From assembly GCA_033723415.1 (NCBI GenBank), contig JAWVXD010000002.1:96001-160000 (forward strand): DNA of 64,000 bases, written 5' to 3'. The notes beneath the pieces were generated by a model, which saw nothing but the letters and a program-made list of their open reading frames with translations, was not told where the DNA came from and made no database searches. The translations under genes were made by a program, and so were the position numbers. Position 1 is the stretch's first letter. Every line of letters starts with the position of its first letter. This document shows positions 29,801 to 39,721 of the stretch, piece by piece. Source of the stretch: Sulfurospirillaceae bacterium (lineage in GTDB: Bacteria; Campylobacterota; Campylobacteria; Campylobacterales; Sulfurospirillaceae).

Positions 29801-30311
29801 TTTTATTTATAATATCTTTTAGAGTTTGTATTTTATGGTTACTTTTAAGAGTAAAAATCACACCGCCGAAGGAATTTATCTCTTTATTGTTTTTTGTCTC
29901 AATCATAGTGGCAAAAGGATACGGCAAACCAAATGTTTTTTTCAACCAAATATAATGTCCTGAATTCGTGATAACAAAATCAATCTTTTTATTTTTAACA
30001 GCGTTATCCATTTCCTTTAATGTCATAGGAAATAGTTCAAAATGATAATGAGGCAAATGTTCTTGCAAGGATTTTAAGAATCCATCCCATTGTTTATACG
30101 TAGCATCTTTGCTTCTATAAGCCAAAACACCTATGTTTATATTTATAGTTTTTTCTATGGAAGCTTGTAATTTAACAGGAGATAAAATACTAATAGCAAG
30201 AAGCAACAAAATAAGAATTATGGGCTTTATGGATTTTTGAATACTTTTTTCTTTTATTTCATAACTTTTTTTTAAAACTTTTTCGAGAGACTTAATCTTA
30301 AAAAAAAGCAA
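26805..30311 (-). CDS. Membrane-bound diguanylate cyclase/phosphodiesterase: PhnD-like PBP, TM, two PAS, GGDEF, EAL, CZB
   Basis: PBP motifs (IDFVITNSGHY, ADVGFVRAGVLE), two PAS/PAC units, HDALTNLPNR...REED...GGDEF, FEALIRW, DDFGTGYSSL, and C-terminal H..W/C.FG.W/H...H. Confidence 0.92.
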   Translation of the reverse strand: MLFFKIKSLEKVLKKSYEIKEKSIQKSIKPIILILLLLAISILSPVKLQASIEKTININIGVLAYRSKDATYKQWDGFLKSLQEHLPHYHFELFPMTLKEMDNAVKNKKIDFVITNSGHYIWLKKTFGLPYPFATMIETKNNKEINSFGGVIFTLKSNHKIQTLKDIINKKVAFVSKEAFGGYIMELYELKKRGISFSKSAKLIPTGMPQDRVVYAVLKKEADVGFVRAGVLESLAHEHKIDMKEFKIINEQKSEELPFALSTDLYPLWPISAMPSTDKKIVNIIAGTILSMGNDVSKSNEKQRFGIAANYDHVEEILKKLKIAPFNNLQKIRLKDILKYYENEILAFLIIVGLMLIFGLVRLYIINSRLKDSQKRVKALLEGSFSGIIIHNKGTILECNERMQSISGYSHAELIGMDGLKLISEQYVEDVKDKITTGYTKPYEVIGIKKDGTLYPVRLEAKLMPYDGKIVRAVEFRDITEEKKSQEKLYLAASVFSHAREGIVIVNTDGTIMDINDAFTYITGYSKSEVVGEKISILKSGVHDEVFYKRMWNDLTTKGHWYGEIWNKRKNGEIYAEMLTISTIFDKKNVPKQFVAIFSDITFLKEHEEQLEYIAHHDALTNLPNRLLLSERLQRALIETKRNNHLVAVLFLDLDGFKTINDRFGHEIGDDLLVEISNEMKKTLREEDTLARLGGDEFVIVLQNIVDTQMCIPMLKRLLEVVNKPILCGNIMLKVSASVGVTFYPQSEVVEADQLIRQADQAMYQAKLSGKNRYHIFDEQEDKNVRGNYANIEDIRKAFEHKEFILYYQPKVDMRTGEIIGFEALIRWKHPTKGILPPAIFLPVIEEHVLSIDVGKWVIRNAFEQVRTWQKEGINVNVSINVNAKQLLSHDFIEFLEETIRLYKDVSPANIELEILETSALQDLARVSKLIKEAKKLGFKFSLDDFGTGYSSLIYLKKLPIDLLKIDQSFVRDMLDDPNDFSILDGILGLANAFNQKVIAEGVETLAHGVMLIQMGCKYAQGYGIAKPMSAENVKGWVDSWKLPEIWRNTILYDREDFPILHAIVRHRSWIDMLENYVYKRSPFMPQMNSTDCSFGQWLQQEGLEHFGKDLLEPIFMLHNKLHDASQKLCDECKYQSIENLSESLAEIYRHRDDMIMMLNRLKRNPKD

Positions 30312-30340
30312 ATTTACGACCTTACTAGTAATTCATATAA

Positions 30341-32731
30341 TCAAAACAACTTTAGATTATCTATGCAAAGAGATCGCCAAGAATTATCTGTTTTACCAGA
30401 AGCACACTCTTTAAAATATGCTTTTGCATTCTTGTTCTCATTTAGCTTAATACTTAATTCACCCAACTCATATAGGATTCGTGATTTAGTATTTCCGCTT
30501 AATCCTCCTCTTTTATTGAGTATCTTGGCTTCCTTGAGTGCTTCTTTTATCTTAGAAATTCTTTTTAATGAATCTATCAGCAAAAACTCTATATTTGGGC
30601 TATGTAAAAAAACTCGATTTTTATTTTGTAGTCCTATAATCTTTTTAGCATACTTAATCAGAAGTAAATCATCCCTTTTGCTGCTAGCATAAAGTGCCAT
30701 TTTGTAATATGGTTCTATATTATGTATATTGTTAGGCCAGATTTTACTTAGTGTCCCTAGTGTTTCCAATGCTTGGTCATACTGTTGTAGATAATAGTGA
30801 GTACCAAATAAGGCCACATAAGTAGCCTGAGAGACATTTTTTTTCAATATTTTTGCCAATGTAAACAAGTCTTTTTCTAAAGGTAAAATTTCATCAAATT
30901 GCTGCAATTTGGCTTTTGCATCTATATAGTTCTGTAGCCAGATAAACTTTTGATCAAATGATGAAGTTTTTAATACTGTACCTGCTAATTTATTTGCTCT
31001 TTGATATCTTGAGGTATCCATAAGACAAGAAAAAAGATTTTGTTTATCTGTGATATTATTTTGATCTAGATTATATTTTTCCAAGATAGAAATCGCTTCA
31101 TTGCAATTTTGATTTTTAATGTCTTTTTCTATCAATGCATATCCTGCATCATCTAAAATATTCTTAGGCGAAGATGAATTGTTCTCAACTGTTCGATCCA
31201 ATATATCCTTCATATCTAAAACTTCATTGTACTTTTTTTGCTTCATGAGAAGTTTGGCTTTTTCGACAACAGCCTTATCTTTTATATAGTTATTATATTT
31301 TGAGATCAAAACATTATAATAATTCAGTAATTTAGTTTCATTTGTCTCTTGTGTTTTGAAAAAGAGTTCATCAAGTGATCTGTTTACTTCATCAATATAA
31401 TTTCCGACCCTGTAATCCTTTTTATATTCCTGATATCGTTTATATGCTTCTTTGATGTTGCCACTCTTAGCATGCCAATCGCCACTCTCTTTTAATAATA
31501 GTTCTCTTTGTCCGTTGACATCTTTTCCTAAATTTTCAAGAAGCAGATCACTAAGTCTTGCTGCCATTTTAGGCAATTTATTTTCAGCCAATTTTTCGGC
31601 TAGCAGTTGTGTAGCCATTTTGTCTTTCAACAGATAGTTTTTATTTGCATCTAGTACTTTCGTAAGATAATCTCTGGCTTCTTTGAGCTTGCCTTTGTCT
31701 ATATTCGTACTAGTAAGCCTAATAGCAGCCAATGATGCTATATCTAAATTTGTAGTGCTGTATAGAACATCTTTATATAATTTGATAGCTTTTTCTTTTT
31801 TGCCTTTAGCGTATAGTGAATCTGCAAAGTACAAGATAGCTTTTTTTGTGTATGGACTGTTTTTATGTTCAGTTATCAATATATCAAGAAAATAATTTAC
31901 ATCTCCGCTAGAATTGCTTCTAAGGTAACTTTTTACTAGCAAATATAAGACTTCCGGAATATTTTCATTGGATGAAAAAGTTCGTATCCATCCCTTCGCC
32001 AGCTTTGCTATTTCCGCATTATTATATTCTTTTGGGATTATAAAATTTTTATCTTCAAGTAATTTATCCATGGCTTCAAGTTTATATAGTAACAGATCAC
32101 TTTTGAATATGCTGTTTGGATATTTGTTAAGAGTGCGATCGACATCTCTTATGGTGTCCTCATACTCTTTTTTGTTATACTCTTTTTGAATCTCCAAATA
32201 ATAATTTATATCCTCGCTTGCTGCATATGATATAGGCGCTCCGTTTAAATCAACTGAACCTATATATGGCATTTTGTATTTTGTATAAGTGATTGGGAAG
32301 TTTATACCTTCAGTATGTTCATTTTTGCCAAATGGCGGTTTTGTATATAATAATACCGCCCAATGTTTTGCTTTTTGTTTTTGATCTGACTTATTAACAT
32401 TTTCTGTTTCATACAAAGGTTTTTGCAAAGAGATAAGTCTAGACGATACTTTAGGATCTATCTTAATATAGAATTTATCTTTCTTCTCAATAAAATCTAT
32501 ATCCGCCAACTTTAGCTTTTTTCTTTTTATTTTACTACCTATAGTCTTATTAAACATGCAAATATAGTCTTTTTTATCAAGAGGCAAAGGTATAGTCTTA
32601 CACTCTATTGGCTCGTCGTCAATAATATGCAGAATCGCATACGCAGAACCATTCTCTTTTGCACTATTTAAAAAGATATTTAAAGCAAAAATTTGAATGC
32701 TTGTAAAAAGTATAAGAAGTATAAATTTCAT
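30341..32731 (-). CDS. pflA: Paralysed flagellum protein A (TPR-rich periplasmic motor scaffold)
   Basis: Signal peptide, 'LNSAKENGSAYAILHI' N-terminal domain with a Cys pair, YIGSVDLNGAP, TPR array and terminal W..LC..NL.L, as recalled for PflA. Confidence 0.8.
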   Translation of the reverse strand: MKFILLILFTSIQIFALNIFLNSAKENGSAYAILHIIDDEPIECKTIPLPLDKKDYICMFNKTIGSKIKRKKLKLADIDFIEKKDKFYIKIDPKVSSRLISLQKPLYETENVNKSDQKQKAKHWAVLLYTKPPFGKNEHTEGINFPITYTKYKMPYIGSVDLNGAPISYAASEDINYYLEIQKEYNKKEYEDTIRDVDRTLNKYPNSIFKSDLLLYKLEAMDKLLEDKNFIIPKEYNNAEIAKLAKGWIRTFSSNENIPEVLYLLVKSYLRSNSSGDVNYFLDILITEHKNSPYTKKAILYFADSLYAKGKKEKAIKLYKDVLYSTTNLDIASLAAIRLTSTNIDKGKLKEARDYLTKVLDANKNYLLKDKMATQLLAEKLAENKLPKMAARLSDLLLENLGKDVNGQRELLLKESGDWHAKSGNIKEAYKRYQEYKKDYRVGNYIDEVNRSLDELFFKTQETNETKLLNYYNVLISKYNNYIKDKAVVEKAKLLMKQKKYNEVLDMKDILDRTVENNSSSPKNILDDAGYALIEKDIKNQNCNEAISILEKYNLDQNNITDKQNLFSCLMDTSRYQRANKLAGTVLKTSSFDQKFIWLQNYIDAKAKLQQFDEILPLEKDLFTLAKILKKNVSQATYVALFGTHYYLQQYDQALETLGTLSKIWPNNIHNIEPYYKMALYASSKRDDLLLIKYAKKIIGLQNKNRVFLHSPNIEFLLIDSLKRISKIKEALKEAKILNKRGGLSGNTKSRILYELGELSIKLNENKNAKAYFKECASGKTDNSWRSLCIDNLKLF

Positions 32732-32746
32732 AGTATTATTATAACA
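32732..32746 (-). promoter_or_regulatory. Extended -10 positioned for a leaderless pflA mRNA
   Basis: Minus strand TGTTATAAT-AATACT-ATG with no SD. Confidence 0.65.
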
Positions 32747-32764
32747 TATAATCTAATCAATATA

Positions 32765-33400
32765 TTATTCAAACATGAGCCAGACACCAACACCTGCCAT
32801 AAGTAAGCCTGCGATTTTATTTAAGAGTTTTACATTGTCTCTTTTTTGCAAAAATCTTTTCAGACTATTTCCTCCACTGGCATATATGACCAGACAGGTA
32901 AACTCTAAAAATAAGATTATGAATAATAAAACCGAAATTTGAGGTATCAGAGGTTGATCTTGTTGTATAAAAGGAGGAAGTAAAGAGATAAAAAATGCCC
33001 ATCCTTTTGGATTTGCTATGGCTGTAATAAAACCTTGAAATGCCAAATCTTTATTTGATATATTTGTAAACCTTGAAGTACCACATTCAGAAAGTGCCAA
33101 CTTGCCCTTGCTTCTAAGCATCATGACACCTAGATAGATCAAATAAGCCCCTCCTATATATTTTAGTACTACAAATACTTCAGGATATTGCAGCATGACA
33201 GCAGATACCCCGATAACAGAAGATAAAGCAACGATTCCGACACCTATAAGTTCTCCAGCCATCATAGAGAATGTTCTTTTTATACCGATACTCATACCCA
33301 AACTCATAGCAAGTGTCATACACATACCAGGGGTCAATGAAACTAGAAAAAATGTAGGCACAAAAACAGCCAAAACAGAAAAACTCAAAGTAGTCGTCAA
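32765..33400 (-). CDS. LysE/RhtB family amino acid exporter
   Basis: SLTPG, KYIGGAYLIYLG and GFITAIANPKGWAFF. Confidence 0.93.
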   Translation of the reverse strand: MTTTLSFSVLAVFVPTFFLVSLTPGMCMTLAMSLGMSIGIKRTFSMMAGELIGVGIVALSSVIGVSAVMLQYPEVFVVLKYIGGAYLIYLGVMMLRSKGKLALSECGTSRFTNISNKDLAFQGFITAIANPKGWAFFISLLPPFIQQDQPLIPQISVLLFIILFLEFTCLVIYASGGNSLKRFLQKRDNVKLLNKIAGLLMAGVGVWLMFE

Positions 33401-33423
33401 TTTATTATCTTTTTTATAATCTA

Positions 33424-34464
33424 CTAGTGAGTACTAGCTGCTGTGATATCATGTATGAGTTTATCAACTCTTTTTTGAGTAGAACTCCAGGAAAATACAA
33501 ATCTATTTGAAACTCCGATAAAACTGTAAAACAACCAGCCTTTTTTTCGTAATTCCACTTCAATTTCCGGCTTCATTTTCAAGAAAACTTCATTTGCATC
33601 ACACGGGAACATCAAGCTGACTCCGTGTATATTTTCTACTTTGCTAACAAAATATTTTGCCATATCATTTGCATGTTTTGCATTTTTCAACCAAACATCA
33701 TGTTCTAGTAAACCAAGCCATTGTGATGATATAAATCTCATCTTGGAAGCTAGCTGTCCTGCTTGTTTAACTCTATATTCAAAATCCTCAGCAAGCTCTT
33801 TTTTGAAAAATACAACTGCTTCTCCAAATGCCATACCGTTTTTTGTGCCGCCAAAGCTCAGAACATCAACGCCTGCCTTCCAAGTAACTTCGCTTGGTTT
33901 ACAACCTAAAGATACTATGGCATTGGCAAATCTAGCCCCATCCATATGAATTTTCAAATCATATTTATTCGCTATCTTCTTTATGGCTTTTATCTCATCT
34001 ATTGTATAAACTGATCCTACTTCATTTGATTGAGTTATGCTTATCACTTTTGGTTTAGGGTAGTGTATATCTTCACGTCTGGTAATGAGTTCCTCAATAG
34101 CAGCCGGAATAAGTTTGCCGTTTTCGCCTTTTGCCAATAATAGTTTTGAACCGTTTGATGCAAAAGCCGGAGCCCCACATTCATCTGTTTCGATATGTGC
34201 CAGCTCATGACAGATCACACTATGATAAGATTGGCTCATAGCCGCTAAAGAAAGAGAATTTGCAGCAGTGCCGTTAAAAACAAAGAAAACTTCACAATCG
34301 CACTCAAAGATCTCTCTTATCTTATCTGTTGCCATCTTTGTGTAAACATCTTCTCCATACGCTTTCATTGAACCTTCATTTGCTTTTTTCATATACTGTA
34401 GAACTTCCGGAGCTATTCCCGAGTAATTGTCGCTTGCGTATTGTTCTTCATTTTTAATTTTCAA
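33424..34464 (-). CDS. ltaE: Low-specificity L-threonine aldolase
   Basis: ASDNYSG, FNGTAANSL, HMDGARFANA and SFGGTKNG (PLP lysine). Confidence 0.92.
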   Translation of the reverse strand: MKIKNEEQYASDNYSGIAPEVLQYMKKANEGSMKAYGEDVYTKMATDKIREIFECDCEVFFVFNGTAANSLSLAAMSQSYHSVICHELAHIETDECGAPAFASNGSKLLLAKGENGKLIPAAIEELITRREDIHYPKPKVISITQSNEVGSVYTIDEIKAIKKIANKYDLKIHMDGARFANAIVSLGCKPSEVTWKAGVDVLSFGGTKNGMAFGEAVVFFKKELAEDFEYRVKQAGQLASKMRFISSQWLGLLEHDVWLKNAKHANDMAKYFVSKVENIHGVSLMFPCDANEVFLKMKPEIEVELRKKGWLFYSFIGVSNRFVFSWSSTQKRVDKLIHDITAASTH

Positions 34465-34498
34465 TTTATTGCCTTGTAAAAAATAAAATTACTTATTG

Positions 34499-34525
34499 TA
34501 GAGGCAAAAAAACTTCTTGCCTCTA
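34499..34525 (-). terminator. Hairpin terminator at the end of the nuo operon
   Basis: TAGAGGCAA / TTGCCTCTA inverted repeat just past the nuoN stop; the U-tail is weak. Confidence 0.65.
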
Positions 34526-34534
34526 TTTTATTAA

Positions 34535-36022
34535 TTAGATAAAACTTGCACCGATCAAATCTGTTATCAGTCTTAAGATAGGCTCTACAAAGATAGATGC
34601 AGTAATTGTAAAAATAATCGTTATACCTACTATCAGTTTCAAAGGAGTAGTAGTATTTGCTACATAGATATTGCCATCTTCCGTTATAGGATCTTTTAGG
34701 AACATATATACCATCAATTTCATATAGTAGTAAACTGCAATAGCACTATTTATAACCATAATCACTGCTAATAAAGAGTGCCCGCTGTTGACTACCGTAC
34801 TTAAGATATATAATTTTCCCCAAAATACCGAGAAAGGAGGCATCCCTGCCAGCGTAAACATAAAAAGGCCAAAAATCGTAGCCATCATTGGAGATACTTT
34901 GACCATACCGGAAAACTTCACAAACGGGTGCTGATATCTAGTGTCCCACAGGTTTCTTTTATGTCTTGCTATCCAAAGCATTGTAAATGCTCCCATATTG
35001 GTAAACATAAACAGTATCCAATATAAAAAGATTGCAGAATACGCTTGCGTATTTCCTACCATGATAGCAGTAAGCACAAATCCTGCATGAGCGATCGAAC
35101 TAAATGCCAACATCCTTTTGACGTCTTCTTGTACGAGTGCCGTTATATTAGCAAGTGTCATCGTTATAACAGCAACCAGTATCAAGATATTTTCAACCCA
35201 GACTATATGATGGGATAAAAATATATCAAAGAATCTAACTGCAACCACGAGACCTGCCATCTTTGGAACAACTGACATGTATCCGGCAAGCGGTGCCGAG
35301 CTTCCCTCATAAACATCAGGAAGCCAGGTATGAACAGGTACTATGGAGAGTTTGAATCCCAAAGCTATTAGCATAAAAGCTACACCTGCAAGTATTGCCA
35401 TACCAGGGGCAAAGGAATTTGCTGCCAAAGATTTAGATATGATTGAAAGTTCAATACTTCCCGTTAGGGTATAAAATATCAAAGAGGACATAGCAAAAAA
35501 GCTTGCAGCCAATGCTCCCATCGTGAAATATTTTATAGCTGCTTCAAATGCTTTGTCTCTATTGTGCATAGCAATCAGAGTATACAGAGAAAGACTGGCA
35601 GTTTCTAAACCCAAAAATATAAGTATCAGGTTGTCACTAGCTACCATAAATTGAAAACCTACTATAACAAATAAAAACAGAGCATAGTATTCGGCTTTTT
35701 TAAATTCTTTAAAAGGTTTATTACTCAATGCAGTAAGAATAAAAAGTGCTGAAGTAATCAATATTATCCCTTGTGCAAGTATCGAAATACCATCAACCAA
35801 CATTACATTGAAAAATCCTCTGTGAGGTCCGTGTATACTTAGAAGAGCGGTAAAATCTAAGAATATAAACAATAATGAATAAGCTACATAAAAACTCTTT
35901 GTCAAATTTTTTGCAAAAATATCTATACAAATAATACTAAGAGCACCGAAAGCTAAAATAGCCATAGGAGTCAGTAAATCTATATTTAAACTAGACAGAC
36001 TAATTGAGATAGGTTCTAACAT
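34535..36022 (-). CDS. nuoN: NADH-quinone oxidoreductase subunit N
   Basis: EAAIKYF, GFKLSIVPVHTWLPDVYEG and KRMLAFSSIAHAG. Confidence 0.97.
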   Translation of the reverse strand: MLEPISISLSSLNIDLLTPMAILAFGALSIICIDIFAKNLTKSFYVAYSLLFIFLDFTALLSIHGPHRGFFNVMLVDGISILAQGIILITSALFILTALSNKPFKEFKKAEYYALFLFVIVGFQFMVASDNLILIFLGLETASLSLYTLIAMHNRDKAFEAAIKYFTMGALAASFFAMSSLIFYTLTGSIELSIISKSLAANSFAPGMAILAGVAFMLIALGFKLSIVPVHTWLPDVYEGSSAPLAGYMSVVPKMAGLVVAVRFFDIFLSHHIVWVENILILVAVITMTLANITALVQEDVKRMLAFSSIAHAGFVLTAIMVGNTQAYSAIFLYWILFMFTNMGAFTMLWIARHKRNLWDTRYQHPFVKFSGMVKVSPMMATIFGLFMFTLAGMPPFSVFWGKLYILSTVVNSGHSLLAVIMVINSAIAVYYYMKLMVYMFLKDPITEDGNIYVANTTTPLKLIVGITIIFTITASIFVEPILRLITDLIGASFI

Positions 36023-37548
36023 TATTTTGTCCCTCCCACGCTATTTACTTTTATCAGAAACTCTTTGGTCTCAGGCAGTAGAGCCTTATGTTCCATCAAA
36101 ATAATCATCTTTTTTACACTCATATCAATCGTACTTAATATAGGTTTAGGATAAACACCCAATATAACAACTAACGCTACAAGAGGTATTAGTGCCGCAT
36201 ATTCTCTCTTATTTAAATCTTTTAAGCTTTTATTTTCTTCATTTGTGACTTCACCAAAAAATGATTTCTTAAAAAGAACAAGCATATAAACGGCTCCCAA
36301 AATAATACCACTTCCTGCAAACATCGTCATGATCCAATTGACTTTATAAAAACCAAGTAGTGATAAAAACTCACCTACAAAGCCTATGGTCAACGGTAAT
36401 CCGACTGCAGCAAATAATATGATTCCAAATACCGTAGCATATCTAGGCATTACGGTGGCTAATCCGCCAAATTCACTCATTAGTTTTGTATGTCTTCTAT
36501 CGTATATAACTCCGACTAACATGAACAGCGCACCGCTGACAATACCATGACTTAACATCAAAAATATTGCACCTGTGATTCCCTCAGCATTGAGTGCGAA
36601 AGTTCCCAGTATGATAATCCCCATATGAGATATAGAACTGTAAGCGATAACTTGCTTCATGTCCTCTTGCGCATATGCGACCATCGCTGCATAGATAACC
36701 ATTATTATGGCTATTATTGCAATCGGATATAAAAAATATAATGATGCATCCGGGAAAAGAGGCAATGAAAATCTAATAAACGCATATGTTCCCATCTTAA
36801 GCATAACCGCTGCCAATAGAACTGAACCTATAGTAGGCGCTTGTCCATGAGCATATGGAAGCCAAGTATGAAACGGAAACATTGGAACCTTGACGGCAAA
36901 CGCCAAGAAAAATGCACCAAATAACCATAATTGTGTCGTAAATGGCAAAACTAGCAAATGCCAATCTGCAATAGCAAAACTCCATGTTCCGGTAGCCAGA
37001 AAGTATTGATATCCCAAATACAAAATACCTACTAGCATCAAAGCAGATCCTGCAAATGTATACAAGAAAAACTTAATCGCGGCATATATCCTTTGTCCGC
37101 TTCCCCAAGCACCTATGATGTAAAGCATAGGTATGAGTGAAAGCTCCCAAAAGATATAAAAAAGTATCATATCTAAGCTGAGAAAGACTCCAACCAAAGT
37201 CATTTCTAAGAACAAAACGGTAACGACAAGGTTTTTGATATCTTTTTCTATACTGAGTCCTACAAGTGCAACAAGTGTCATAAACGTACTCAGCACTACT
37301 AAGAAAAGAGAAATTCCGTCAACTCCCATATAATAATTGATACCAAATTGTGATATCAAAGGAAAATATTCTACAAATTGATACCCTGCATTGCCTGAAT
37401 CAAAGCCAACCCAAAGTGCGATAGACAATAAAAATTCTACGATAGCAACGGCTATACCGTAAACTTTGACACTGTCTTTATTTACGAAGAATCCGAATAA
37501 ACCGGCGACTAAAGGGAAAAATACGATTAGTGATAATATGTGTTCCAT
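36022..37548 (-). CDS. nuoM: NADH-quinone oxidoreductase subunit M
   Basis: FYIFWE, VKVPMFPFHTWLPYAH and AYSSISHMG. Confidence 0.97.
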   Translation of the reverse strand: MEHILSLIVFFPLVAGLFGFFVNKDSVKVYGIAVAIVEFLLSIALWVGFDSGNAGYQFVEYFPLISQFGINYYMGVDGISLFLVVLSTFMTLVALVGLSIEKDIKNLVVTVLFLEMTLVGVFLSLDMILFYIFWELSLIPMLYIIGAWGSGQRIYAAIKFFLYTFAGSALMLVGILYLGYQYFLATGTWSFAIADWHLLVLPFTTQLWLFGAFFLAFAVKVPMFPFHTWLPYAHGQAPTIGSVLLAAVMLKMGTYAFIRFSLPLFPDASLYFLYPIAIIAIIMVIYAAMVAYAQEDMKQVIAYSSISHMGIIILGTFALNAEGITGAIFLMLSHGIVSGALFMLVGVIYDRRHTKLMSEFGGLATVMPRYATVFGIILFAAVGLPLTIGFVGEFLSLLGFYKVNWIMTMFAGSGIILGAVYMLVLFKKSFFGEVTNEENKSLKDLNKREYAALIPLVALVVILGVYPKPILSTIDMSVKKMIILMEHKALLPETKEFLIKVNSVGGTK

Positions 37549-37559
37549 TTCTATCCCCC

Positions 37560-39419
37560 CTACATCATCGGTCTATAAAATATTGCTAACGCTAACAATG
37601 TAACAATGCCCACTGCCATCCACCTAAGCATATCGGATAGATTTCCGCTCTGCATCTTTCTACTTTTCTGCCCCATAAAATAGAGCGTTCTTGCTATTAG
37701 ATCTACTGTAAAGTCTATAATTCTTACATCTATTTGCTTCCATGCAAATTTAGATAATGAATAATATGGTTTCAAGATTGCAACCTCATAAAATTTAGGT
37801 ATATAATATTGATTACTAAGCAGTTTGTACAGAGGTAATGTTTCTACCTGCTTACTAAAACCGCCTGTTCTATATTTGTAAATCGCATATAAAACTCCTC
37901 CTATCGCCATAGTTGAAGTTGCGACTATCAAAGCCCATTCTGTTCCGTGTGCTATATGCAATTCATATTTTGATAAAACCTTTGTAGTAAACTCTTCAAA
38001 TGGTTTTTCAAAAAATCCTGCTATTACCGATAAAATCCCTAGAGGTAAAAGTGCCCAGAGAACAAAAGGATATGTTTCGTGCGGATGAAAACCTAATTTC
38101 TTATGTACTTTCTCTCCAAAAAATACAAGCATGATCAATCTAAAGCTATAAAATGCCGTCATACCGGCACCGATAAATAAAGCAACCCATAAATAATAAG
38201 CATGCTCGTTAAATGCAGCTGCCAAGATCATGTCTTTACTAAAGAATCCGGCAAACGGATAAATACCACAAAGAGCGACAGAAGCAACACTCATCAAAAT
38301 AGCCGTATATTTCATGCTAGAAAACAAACCACCCATCTTTTTGATGTCAAGTTCGTCATCCATAGCGTGCATAACATTTCCTGCACCCAAGAATAGAAGA
38401 GATTTAAAAAATGCATGTGTCATAAGATGGAACAATGCGATCCAATAAGCACCAAGTCCCGCTGCAACAAACATATAACCAAGTTGTGATAATGTCGAAT
38501 AAGCGATGATCCGCTTAAGATCACGATTGACTAATGCCATTGAAGCTGCAAATACCGCAACAAATGCTCCAAGACTTGCGATCACATAGCCAACATTTGG
38601 AACCAAAGCAAACAGCGTACTTGCTCTAACAATCAAATAAACCCCTGCAGTTACCATCGTAGCTGCATGTATCAATGCAGAAACCGGAGTCGGACCTTCC
38701 ATAGCATCTGCCAGCCAAGTATGAAATGGAAACTGTGCAGATTTTCCCATAGCACCGACAAACAATAACAGAGCTATTGTAGTAACAACGCTTGGATTTA
38801 TATGTGCAACTCCTGAGAATACAACGCTATAACTAAATGATCCGAATTGCCAATATATTAAAAATAATCCCATAAGCATACCAAGATCTGCAACGCGGTT
38901 CATGATAAATGCTTCATTCGCTGCCCAAGAAGCACTATGTTTCTTATACCAAAATCCAATCAGCATCCAAGAACAGAGACCAACGCCTTCCCAACCTATA
39001 AAAAGTCCTACAAAATTGTCGCTCATTACCAAGATCAACATAGAAAAGACAAAGGCTGAAATATATGTAAAAAATCTATTGTATCCCACGTCATGTGCCA
39101 TATAACCCATAGAATAAATATTGACAACGGTAGAAACAAGAGTGACGGTCACCATCATGACCACAGAGACATTATCAACTGTAAATCCAAAAGGAAGTTC
39201 CAAATTCCCTGCACTTATCCACTCCATCATCTTAACGTGTAAAAAAAGTCCTTCATGTACTGCTACTAAAAGCGTAAGAGAAGATACAAAAGATATCAGA
39301 AGAAGAGCTGAAGTCATAATCCCCGTAGCGACATTTTTTTTCTGTGCCGTAAACAAAGCACTAAACAGTGATCCGGCAAGAGGTGCAAAAAGTGCTACAA
39401 ATAAATATTTTTCCATCAT
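37560..39419 (-). CDS. nuoL: NADH-quinone oxidoreductase subunit L
   Basis: GWEGVG, GKSAQFPFHTWLADAMEGPTPVSALIHAATMV and HAFFKSLLFL. Confidence 0.98.
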   Translation of the reverse strand: MMEKYLFVALFAPLAGSLFSALFTAQKKNVATGIMTSALLLISFVSSLTLLVAVHEGLFLHVKMMEWISAGNLELPFGFTVDNVSVVMMVTVTLVSTVVNIYSMGYMAHDVGYNRFFTYISAFVFSMLILVMSDNFVGLFIGWEGVGLCSWMLIGFWYKKHSASWAANEAFIMNRVADLGMLMGLFLIYWQFGSFSYSVVFSGVAHINPSVVTTIALLLFVGAMGKSAQFPFHTWLADAMEGPTPVSALIHAATMVTAGVYLIVRASTLFALVPNVGYVIASLGAFVAVFAASMALVNRDLKRIIAYSTLSQLGYMFVAAGLGAYWIALFHLMTHAFFKSLLFLGAGNVMHAMDDELDIKKMGGLFSSMKYTAILMSVASVALCGIYPFAGFFSKDMILAAAFNEHAYYLWVALFIGAGMTAFYSFRLIMLVFFGEKVHKKLGFHPHETYPFVLWALLPLGILSVIAGFFEKPFEEFTTKVLSKYELHIAHGTEWALIVATSTMAIGGVLYAIYKYRTGGFSKQVETLPLYKLLSNQYYIPKFYEVAILKPYYSLSKFAWKQIDVRIIDFTVDLIARTLYFMGQKSRKMQSGNLSDMLRWMAVGIVTLLALAIFYRPMM

Positions 39420-39721
39420 TACCCCTTCATCATCTGCAAGCTGTCAAGATCAATAGTACCGTTTCTTTTATACCACAGCACCAGCAATCCAAGACCTACA
39501 GCTACTTCACTTGCGGCTATTGCTATGATAAAAAATGCATAAACTTGTCCACTTAGATCTCCATAATATCTAGAAACTGCAGCAAAGCCTACATTTACGG
39601 CATTTAGCATGATTTCTGTAGAAAAAAACAACATAAGCAAATTCTTTCTTCGTAAGATTCCTACTACTCCCAATGAAAATAAGATTCCACTCAGTACTAA
39701 GTAATGTGTCAGTGTTATCAT
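39419..39721 (-). CDS. nuoK: NADH-quinone oxidoreductase subunit K
   Basis: EIMLNAVN and AASEVAVGL. Confidence 0.97.
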   Translation of the reverse strand: MITLTHYLVLSGILFSLGVVGILRRKNLLMLFFSTEIMLNAVNVGFAAVSRYYGDLSGQVYAFFIIAIAASEVAVGLGLLVLWYKRNGTIDLDSLQMMKG

